The position numbers and the translations under genes were made by a program. This document shows positions 1 to 6,557 of a stretch of DNA of 10,063 nucleotides, piece by piece. The DNA is taken from NCBI GenBank assembly GCA_051117555.1, contig JBNPEG010000256.1, forward strand, positions 1 through 10,063, written 5' to 3'. The DNA is from Elainellaceae cyanobacterium (GTDB taxonomy: Bacteria > Cyanobacteriota > Cyanobacteriia > CAZCXK01). The notes beneath the pieces are model-generated. The model made no database searches. It was given only the letters and a program-made list of their open reading frames with translations, and was not told where the DNA came from. Position 1 is the stretch's first letter, and each line of letters begins with the position of its first letter.

Positions 1-37
1 CGCGGGGGCTCACCACACAAACCTAAGCCCATAGGGC
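1..37. repeat. Right arm of a palindromic dispersed repeat, cut by the window edge; same family as 9728-9776
   Basis: 1-37 CGCGGGGGCTCACCACACAAACCTAAGCCCATAGGGC aligns with CGCGGGTTCTACACACAAATCTGAGCCCGTAGGGC, the palindrome centre plus reverse complement of the left arm of the 9728-9776 element. Confidence 0.65.
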
Positions 38-102
38 TCTATAAGAAATATGTCCAAAGGGGAATAGAAATTTGATGGATCGAGATATAACAGACATATA
101 AA

Positions 103-194
103 TATAGCGATCCCAAATTACTTATGAATTGTATGCGAGCGGTGGGACGGGCACCGCTCGTCCCACCGCTCACACCCCATCTGGTATTGCTATA
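103..194. mobile_element. ~90-bp MITE-like element, copy 1, with internal GC hairpin
   Basis: Imperfect terminal inverted repeats TA-TAGCGATCCCAAAT ... ATCTGGTATTGCTA-TA with flanking TA dinucleotides. Internal 16-bp stem 137-152/156-171 with a 3-nt loop. Second copy at 5441-5530. Confidence 0.75.
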
Positions 195-250
195 TAACTA
201 AAGTCGACTCAAAAAATTTGTATCATTAAATAGTTATTTATGTGGCAGCT

Positions 251-1417
251 ATGGCTACTCGGGCAGTAACGTTTCGGCTTCCGGAAGATGTCATCGAATT
301 ACTTAAGCGTCAAGCTGATGCGACCGGCAAATCCAAAACCAATTTAGTCATTGACGCTATCACCCAAGCCTACGAGCCAAGTGCCCTGTCTAAGCCTATG
401 ACTGCTCAGTCGCTTCAGCAACAAATTAGCGATTTGAAGAAGCAGGTCTTATCATTCGAATTTGCCAACATACAGCCCAAAATAGAGCTGTATGACCATA
501 CCTCGCAGTTGGTCGCGGCGATTCAGCAAGCCATACATTCCTCTCAGGGTATGGGCGTATCTGTGTCATACATCGTCGTCGAAGGAGAATCTCAATCCCC
601 GCAAAATGCGGCGTCTGACGCCCGCCGACTGGGCGAAAATTCAGCGTCATTTCTCAGCGACCGATCGTCTAATCAAGACATTCTTGACCAAATTCTTTCC
701 CCTGTTTCTGATCCCGTCTTTGTGTGCGATCGCATTGGTCGTCTAACCTATCTAAATCCTGCCAGCGCGAGAATGTGGCAGGTTGATCGGAGCGCAATGT
801 TGGGCAAAACGTATCAGGAGTTTGGATTTGTCCCCTTTATGGCGGACTTCTACATCCAACAATTTCAAACGGTCATGACCACCGGTCAATCGGTCACAGC
901 CGAGGTAAGCGTTCCTCTCTCAAGCGGATTGCGATACTACTCCTATAGCTTCCATCCTATTCAAGGGCCTGCAGAGAGCATTGACGGCGTTATTGGCATT
1001 GCCCGTGACCTGACTGAGAGCAAGCAAATCGAACATGATTTACGAGAATCGCGAGAAAAATATCGAAATCTATTCGAGTTTGCCAACGATCTCATTTTGA
1101 TTGTGGATGCTGCCTCCGAAATTTTAGAAGTGAACCAGTGTGCAGCCCGACGATTGGGGTATATCCGCAAAGACCTTGAACAACAGTCGATCGACGCCAT
1201 CAGCACGCCAGAATCTACGCACGTGTGGCAAGAATTCATTGTCCCAGAGTTAGAAAAATTGGGAGGAGCCTTATTTTCTTACAGATTCCGACGCAAAAAT
1301 GGCGATGATCTCCAGGTTGAAATTAGTGCCCGCCTGGTCGAATACGGAGATCAGCTTGCATTTCAACTGTTGGCACGCGATGCCTCAGAACCTCGACGAA
1401 CTGAATCGTTCTCTTAG
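251..1417 (+). CDS. CopG/MetJ/Arc-type ribbon-helix-helix protein fused to two PAS(-PAC) domains; putative one-component transcriptional regulator
   Basis: N-terminus RAVTFRLPEDVIELLKRQADATGKSKTNLVIDAI fits the RHH beta-alpha-alpha pattern. PAS1: DPVFVCDRIGRLTYLNPAS...GVIGIARDLTE. Linker SKQIEHDLRESREKYRNLFE. PAS2: DLILIVDAASEILEVNQCAARRLGY...LLARDASE. ATG 251 preferred; GTG 242 possible. Stop TAG 1415-1417. Confidence 0.85.
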   Translation: MATRAVTFRLPEDVIELLKRQADATGKSKTNLVIDAITQAYEPSALSKPMTAQSLQQQISDLKKQVLSFEFANIQPKIELYDHTSQLVAAIQQAIHSSQGMGVSVSYIVVEGESQSPQNAASDARRLGENSASFLSDRSSNQDILDQILSPVSDPVFVCDRIGRLTYLNPASARMWQVDRSAMLGKTYQEFGFVPFMADFYIQQFQTVMTTGQSVTAEVSVPLSSGLRYYSYSFHPIQGPAESIDGVIGIARDLTESKQIEHDLRESREKYRNLFEFANDLILIVDAASEILEVNQCAARRLGYIRKDLEQQSIDAISTPESTHVWQEFIVPELEKLGGALFSYRFRRKNGDDLQVEISARLVEYGDQLAFQLLARDASEPRRTESFS

Positions 1418-1439
1418 CAACACATTGAGATCATGTTTC

Positions 1440-2510
1440 TCAAAGATATTGGCGGAGAACTCGCGCTGTTTCGAGACCTGTCTTTTGCCAACTGAATTGA
1501 CGGGCTCGTGCCAAACCCGCTCGGCGTAGCTGCGATCGCACGGGGTTGTCTGCGGCGATTTGGCGCATCGCATCTGCTAGCTCTGCCACATTATAGGGAT
1601 TGATTAGCATCGCTGCATCACCTGCAACCTCTGGAAGCGACGAACAGTTTGAGGTGATGACTGGCGTGCCGCACCCCATCGCCTCTAGCACAGGCAGCCC
1701 AAACCCTTCCCATAAGCTCGGAAATACAAGGGCGATCGCCTGATTGAGCAATATGGGTAAATCGGCATAGGGCACGTAGTCTAAAAACTTGATCTGATGG
1801 GCGACGCCCAACTGCTGAGCCAGAGACTGTAATACGGGTGTATACCGAGGATCAACCGATCCGACCAGCCATAGTTCATACTCCGAAAACTTTGCAATTT
1901 GGGCAAATGCCTCAATCAGACGGTGCAGATTTTTATGCGGATCGCTTCGTCCGATATATAAAAAATAGGACTTGCTTGGCAAATGTAAGGGGCGAAAATG
2001 CACCTCATCATACGCCAGTGGAACGGACGTAATCTTATGAGCCGGAATCGAGAAAAACTCCACCACATCTCGTGCGGTTTGGTCAGAATTGGCAAGAATA
2101 TGCTGGGCTTGGCGAAGAACCTGGGGCATATAGACTCGCTGGTAGAGAGTCAGCGGTGAAAAGCGTTTGGGAAATCGGATCGGAATCAGGTCATGAACCG
2201 TTACCACCGATCGACAGGATGCATACAGGGGCGCTTCCGGGATTGGTGAAAACAGTAATTGAGTCTTTAAGGCTTGACAAATCTGAGGGAGACGAATCTG
2301 AGTCCATACGAGGCGACGCAGATGCCCTCGTGTGCCATAGGCAGCCGTCATTTTAGGTGACACTGGATAGCACGCAAAATCTGGCGTAGGACTGGCTGTA
2401 ATCAGCGCCGGAGACAAGCACTGGAGATGGGGAATGAGCTGTGTTGCATAGGTCATTAACCCTGTTGGTTGAGGAATTAAAAACGATAGGTTGACTGATA
2501 ATTGGCTCAC
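1440..2510 (-). CDS. Glycosyltransferase family 4 (GT-B, MtfB/WbpY-like)
   Basis: 356 aa with [13 protein letters not shown]...HKNL..LIEAF and the EX7E motif [41 protein letters not shown] start 11 bp after the upstream gene's stop. Confidence 0.93.
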   Translation of the reverse strand: MSQLSVNLSFLIPQPTGLMTYATQLIPHLQCLSPALITASPTPDFACYPVSPKMTAAYGTRGHLRRLVWTQIRLPQICQALKTQLLFSPIPEAPLYASCRSVVTVHDLIPIRFPKRFSPLTLYQRVYMPQVLRQAQHILANSDQTARDVVEFFSIPAHKITSVPLAYDEVHFRPLHLPSKSYFLYIGRSDPHKNLHRLIEAFAQIAKFSEYELWLVGSVDPRYTPVLQSLAQQLGVAHQIKFLDYVPYADLPILLNQAIALVFPSLWEGFGLPVLEAMGCGTPVITSNCSSLPEVAGDAAMLINPYNVAELADAMRQIAADNPVRSQLRRAGLARARQFSWQKTGLETARVLRQYL

Positions 2511-2521
2511 GATATCCTGTG

Positions 2522-4381
2522 TTACTTGCGCAATACTTTTCGAACCAGGCGATACCCTGATCTAGCCACATTCACGAGTCTTGTTTTTTGTGTTTCAGAC
2601 ACAATATGTCGCTTTTCTAAATCGAAGAGCCAAAATTTAAGTTTGAATGACATCCAATCTTTCGAAGCGGGGCTAAGCCTCGGCAGATTACGGCGACGGC
2701 TCAAAATCACAAAGACTGGATTAATAAACACCGGATGGAGCGATCGCATCGCCCATTTCGTTGAGGTAAAGTGAGTTTCATCTATCAAGCCTTGATGGAT
2801 AATAACCCACGTGAGTTCGGGCTTGGTGTAAAACGCAGACAAGTACGAACAAAATTGATCGGGAAACTTTTGGTAGAACTCGCCCGGTGCTGCAACGATT
2901 TCTCGTGAGCCACTATGCTGACGGATAAAATCGACGGCCTCTAGCCAATAGGGATCATTGTCAGGGAAGGGATAAAAGACGTGCTCACTCGGGTCAGACT
3001 CAACGGCGACTGGAAAAATTTGCAGACGAGAGAGCGCAACTCCGACAAGCCGACGATCCGGACTGTGAGGATTGTTCGCCTGCGGAGAATCGGTGCGGTT
3101 GACGTCAAAGGTCAGTCGGGTGACCGGGCGATCGCTCGTATTGACGACAGCCTGGGGAATTCGCCCCTGAAATACGGTGGTTAATCCCCGTCTGAAGAAA
3201 GTGTCTAAGACAATCGGTTGGTCATTAACCCGCAACGACAGGCTTTCTAACACATCGGGCGCGATCGCATTGGAAATGTGAACCCGAATCAACAAATCTG
3301 AGCTAGCCACCAGCGGAAAATCAAGGGTTGATACTGTTCCAGGTCCCGTCCAGCGAAATGAGTTGGCATTCCCTCGCAATCCATTATGGGGGCCGTTACG
3401 ACGGTGCCATCCACTGCCCGACATAGGCTGTGACACGTCAAAATCAATGATGCTTGTCTTTGGGATATTGAGAGCTGCATATCGGTGCTCATAATGGCGT
3501 TCGAGTCGATGCAACAGGGTTTCAAGCCGATCAGCATCGTCGATTTGAGCGTTAGAGTCACCCTGATTTAGACGGGATCGATTATGAGGTCGATTTCCAT
3601 ACCGGGACGCCAATTCCTCAATCATCTGCGAAAATCTAGATTCAAACCAGGTTTGGGCATAGTCATAGAGTTGCAAATCGACTGAGTTGTAGTCGCTAAT
3701 CAAAGCAACTAGGTCTGGATTAATCTCCGACAGATGAGAACCGCTTGATGAGACTCGTAGACTCTGATACTCCAAACCTGGATACCAGCCAAAGACGTAT
3801 GACAGCAGCAAAATTGATTCGTTAAAGCGCTCCGTTAAGCCGACAAAGGCAAACTGGTCGAGATGTTCCTTAGCCAGAGCTAACAGGTCAGCATCCGGCA
3901 TGGTGAGCAAATCTGTTAAATTATCATCCCAAAATCCTGAGGCAATCTGATGAGCCTGACAGTTCGACGTTCTTGCTCTGACCTGAGGAATGGGCGATCG
4001 CACGAAGTCTTCGATGCTGCTAGACGTGGCCACTTTAGAGGCCATGCTGCTGTCGGGGTGATCCGGACGACGACTGTAGAATTTATATAAAGAAATAACC
4101 CGTTGAATCGGGTGCCTGAGCATCGTGATATAAATAGGCTTTTTCGGCAAAAAATTGCGGATATCATAGCCAAAATGCCCCCGAAAGAGGTCATAGGATT
4201 CGAGGTCAGCCGGAGGGGTAGACGGCAGGGGGAGCTTGTAGGGGGGCGGCGACCAAATGCGATCGACGTGAAACTTTGAGTCAACAATGGATGTCAGCGT
4301 GCTGCTCCCGGTCTTCTGAACCCGAATAAAGCACAATTGTTCATCATCCGTTAGCTGATGCTCGATAGAGTGGATAGTCAT
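2522..4381 (-). CDS. Sulfotransferase family 2 (PAPS-dependent) domain protein with additional central beta-rich and C-terminal domains
   Basis: 619 aa. 5'-PSB-like FIRVQKTGSSTL, FRGHFGY, 3'-PB-like ITMLRHPIQRVISLYKF, FAFVGLTERFNES and N..D..LYDYA. Followed by a GWH...RWTGP...DRRLVGVAL beta-rich domain. An in-frame TAA just upstream of ATG 4381 fixes the start. Confidence 0.85.
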   Translation of the reverse strand: MTIHSIEHQLTDDEQLCFIRVQKTGSSTLTSIVDSKFHVDRIWSPPPYKLPLPSTPPADLESYDLFRGHFGYDIRNFLPKKPIYITMLRHPIQRVISLYKFYSRRPDHPDSSMASKVATSSSIEDFVRSPIPQVRARTSNCQAHQIASGFWDDNLTDLLTMPDADLLALAKEHLDQFAFVGLTERFNESILLLSYVFGWYPGLEYQSLRVSSSGSHLSEINPDLVALISDYNSVDLQLYDYAQTWFESRFSQMIEELASRYGNRPHNRSRLNQGDSNAQIDDADRLETLLHRLERHYEHRYAALNIPKTSIIDFDVSQPMSGSGWHRRNGPHNGLRGNANSFRWTGPGTVSTLDFPLVASSDLLIRVHISNAIAPDVLESLSLRVNDQPIVLDTFFRRGLTTVFQGRIPQAVVNTSDRPVTRLTFDVNRTDSPQANNPHSPDRRLVGVALSRLQIFPVAVESDPSEHVFYPFPDNDPYWLEAVDFIRQHSGSREIVAAPGEFYQKFPDQFCSYLSAFYTKPELTWVIIHQGLIDETHFTSTKWAMRSLHPVFINPVFVILSRRRNLPRLSPASKDWMSFKLKFWLFDLEKRHIVSETQKTRLVNVARSGYRLVRKVLRK

Positions 4382-4512
4382 GACCCGTTACATTCACCAA
4401 TTAGGACTATATACCGTTTGTAGGATTGATCATGCAAGATAATCGACCCACGGCAACACTCTTAAAGCTGATGACTGTGGCGGAAGACCTGGTTGACTGA
4501 CGAAAGATGAGA

Positions 4513-4683
4513 GGCTGGCGGTTGTAGACGCACCGCGGCTTCTCGAAGAGTAACCGCGCCTACGCAAACAAAGTCAACAAAGGGCGAGTGTTCTCAACCC
4601 GCGTTTCGCAAGCGACATAAATGCGCAGTACGCCGAAGGCGAAGGCGGGTTTCGCCCGTATAGCAGCAGTTTTAACTGCCGCC
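4513..4683. repeat. Nested imperfect palindromic small dispersed repeat element
   Basis: Left arm GGCGGTTGTA[26-nt insert]ACCGCGCCTACGCAAACAAAGTC (4517-4575) resembles the reverse complement of right arm 4644-4680 (GGCAGTTAAAACTGCTGCTATACGGGCGAAACCCGCC), differing mostly by transitions. Confidence 0.55.
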
Positions 4684-4733
4684 AATTAAAGTTTTGTCAG
4701 TCAATCAGGGCAGAAGACAGAGGACAGGCAAAA

Positions 4734-4762
4734 GTAGGGTGATGTTGTCAGCGTAACGCACC
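4734..4762. repeat. Degenerate GTAG-headed REP-like palindrome
   Basis: GTAGGGTGATGTTGTCAGCGTAACGCACC: GTAG head and imperfect stem GGTG..GTT/AACGCACC. Confidence 0.5.
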
Positions 4763-4830
4763 ATCCGGGCAGAAGGCAGAAGACTGAAACGAGCCAGTAG
4801 CAGATACCAGGAGCAGCTATAGAGCTCCTA

Positions 4831-4898
4831 CCTTTTGCCTTTTGCGTCTGCCTTTTGCCTTCTGCCTTTTGCCTTCTGCCTTTTGCCTTCTGCCTTTA
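4831..4898. repeat. Heptameric short tandemly repeated repetitive (STRR) array (CCTTYTG)n, ~10 units
   Basis: Units CCTTTTG/CCTTCTG, mostly alternating, with one 6-nt variant. Inverted partial copies GGCAGAAG at 4709-4716 and 4768-4782. Confidence 0.9.
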
Positions 4899-4908
4899 CC
4901 CAATCCAA

Positions 4909-5361
4909 CTACGCCGCCTCAGGAGGAATTTGTTCTAAAAATGCATCAAAATCTTTGAGTGCTGCTGCATAGTTTGACAATATTTTATTTGCGTTTCCGG
5001 CGGCTGCCGCATCGTCGATTTCGACTAAATAATCGAACAGGTCTTTCGCTATAGACATCGCGGGCTTTTCTTCGGATGGGTTTAAATTGTGGGCAAGGGT
5101 AAACATTTTCATCCGCAATGCACCCAGCGGACCATGAATGAGCGATTGAATATCGCTCCACTGCCGTCGATCTACTAGGTCAGGAATTCGAGCCATGCGA
5201 TCGCGCATCGCTAGCAAATCAGACTTATAGGTCTGAATGCGCTCTAATTGAGCGTCTGTGTAGGTTGGAGGTTGTGATACCTGAGGCTGCCCACCACAAC
5301 TTACAATCATTGCAGCGATCGCCGCCAGCACAAGAGCCAAAATAGAGCGATACGTCACCAT
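4909..5361 (-). CDS. psbQ: Photosystem II extrinsic lipoprotein CyanoQ (PsbQ)
   Basis: Signal peptide with lipobox MVTYRSILALVLAAIAAMIVSC-GG, PPTYT..QLERIQ and the conserved W.DIQSLIHGPLG.LR motif. ATG 5361 follows GAGGA; the ORF track start TTG 5370 is less likely. Confidence 0.93.
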   Translation of the reverse strand: MVTYRSILALVLAAIAAMIVSCGGQPQVSQPPTYTDAQLERIQTYKSDLLAMRDRMARIPDLVDRRQWSDIQSLIHGPLGALRMKMFTLAHNLNPSEEKPAMSIAKDLFDYLVEIDDAAAAGNANKILSNYAAALKDFDAFLEQIPPEAA

Positions 5362-5440
5362 AATCCTCAATTAAATATCCTTTAACGTTGGTCGTTTCAA
5401 GCTGTTTTTATCAACAATCAATGAAACATCAAACAATTAC

Positions 5441-5530
5441 CATAGCGATCCTAAATCGTTTGTGAATTGCGTGTGAGCGGTGGGGCGGGCGTCGCCCGCC
5501 ACCGCTCACAACCCATCTGGGATTGCTATA
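5441..5530. mobile_element. ~90-bp MITE-like element, copy 2
   Basis: CA-TAGCGATCCTAAAT ... ATCTGGGATTGCTA-TA, colinear with 103-194 in the same orientation. Internal stem 5472-5490/5494-5510 with a 2-nt bulge. Confidence 0.75.
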
Positions 5531-5611
5531 TCTTTATTAAGAAATTTATACCAAATTCTCTTCAGGATTGCGTCTAACCAGGGGTAGGTGCCTCTGGCAT
5601 GCTGATTTTAC

Positions 5612-5641
5612 AAAAAAACAGCCCTCTGAGATTCAGGGCTG
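5612..5641 (-). terminator. Intrinsic (Rho-independent) terminator
   Basis: Minus strand reads CAGCCCT-GAATCTCAG-AGGGCTG-TTTTTTT, ~140 nt downstream of the 5782-6030 gene's stop. Confidence 0.75.
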
Positions 5642-5671
5642 CAACCTCTAAAAAATTATTTTGTTTCAACC

Positions 5672-5713
5672 GCTTGTATTCCCTAGCTTGTATTCCCTGG
5701 CTTGTATTCCCCT
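5672..5713. repeat. 14-bp tandem repeat x3 (GCTTGTATTCCCYN)
   Basis: GCTTGTATTCCCTA / GCTTGTATTCCCTG / GCTTGTATTCCCCT. Confidence 0.9.
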
Positions 5714-5781
5714 AATGAATCCAGACGTATTAAACCCGGATTAAACCGGTAACTTTATCTAACTTTATATAGAGCAGGGGT

Positions 5782-6030
5782 TTAGAAGTAATCAGGCTCT
5801 GGCATCGGCTCTGGCATCTCAAAATTGGACAGGTCATACATATATCGAATGACTTCTTGCTCAAGCCGATGAACTAAATATGGCTCGATCGCGTTAGTAT
5901 TTCGCAGAGCCGCTAAGTAACCATCCAAATACAGCCGTAGTTCATCGGTGCGATAGCCCCGATTCCACTGTTCGTTAAGAGCATCGGTAACATGCTGATA
6001 ACAGCGAATTGTTTGAGCATCCTGGAGCAT
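5782..6030 (-). CDS. Conserved small cyanobacterial protein (DUF6761-like)
   Basis: 82 aa MLQD..TIR.YQ..TDAL...WNRGYR.DELRLYLDGYLAALR..NAIEPYL.HRLE.E..RY.YD.SNF, recognised as a conserved cyanobacterial hypothetical protein found divergent from nrrA. Family name is from recall. Confidence 0.85.
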   Translation of the reverse strand: MLQDAQTIRCYQHVTDALNEQWNRGYRTDELRLYLDGYLAALRNTNAIEPYLVHRLEQEVIRYMYDLSNFEMPEPMPEPDYF

Positions 6031-6485
6031 AATTAGAGCTTGGCTTTGCTTTCAAATGTTGACTACGATAATGCCTAACACCATTCCGAACAATTGGACT
6101 GCTCGTTATAAAACTCTGCATGACTGAAAAATCAGTTGGAATTTAGAGTTGAATCTTAGAGCATCTGATTGCAGAATTCCCATCCCATTAGAAAATTCAC
6201 AGATTGTTCATAATAAATCAGATTTAGCTGGCGCTAGGTGGCTATAATGCCCCTCAATCTAGGTAGAATCGTGCATGCCAGCGCCCTACATAAAATGAAA
6301 AGCGGCTCACAAATCTACATAAAACGCATACATAGAATACGTTTTTACACCCCTATTTACATTCATTGTAACTTTAACGTGGCCATCAGCGAAGCATTAT
6401 TATTGGAGCGCTAGAGAAGTAAAAAGGGTTGCGGGAGTTTTACACGAATAACGCAGATATTCTTCTGGGAGAATTGTCAAGGGGG

Positions 6486-6527
6486 GTAGCAGACGTAACA
6501 AAACCATGACAACGGCTTTGCTAACCT
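6486..6527 (+). promoter_or_regulatory. NtcA-activated (class II) promoter of nrrA
   Basis: GTA-GCAGACGT-AAC (6486-6499; consensus GTA-N8-TAC, one mismatch), a 22-nt spacer, then -10 box TAACCT (TAN3T, 6522-6527). nrrA is an established NtcA target. Confidence 0.8.
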
Positions 6528-6557
6528 TGTCGCATTATCATGAAGATGCTTGAAGCC

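Noticed and set aside
220..233. Possible NtcA site GTA-TCATTAAA-TAG upstream of the RHH-PAS gene
   Set aside because: Lacks the conserved terminal AC, and there is no room for a properly spaced -10 box before the start codon.
677..1390. LOV photoreceptor assignment for the PAS domains
   Set aside because: The GRNCRFLQ flavin-adduct motif is absent from both PAS domains.
426..4287. Short alternative-frame ORFs overlapping the RHH-PAS, GT4 and sulfotransferase genes
   Set aside because: All overlap longer motif-bearing genes and show no recognisable protein features.
4576..4660. tRNA or structured ncRNA in the GC-rich hairpin cluster
   Set aside because: No cloverleaf, T-loop GTTCRA or CCA end; better explained as nested dispersed repeats.
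103..5530. Composite transposon carrying the four genes between the two MITE copies
   Set aside because: No transposase, the copies have diverged, the cargo includes the core gene psbQ and has normal HIP1 density. Independent insertions are simpler.
6344..6363. HLR1 (RpaB) direct repeat
   Set aside because: The TTTACA half-sites have a 12-bp period rather than the 10-bp period of HLR1.
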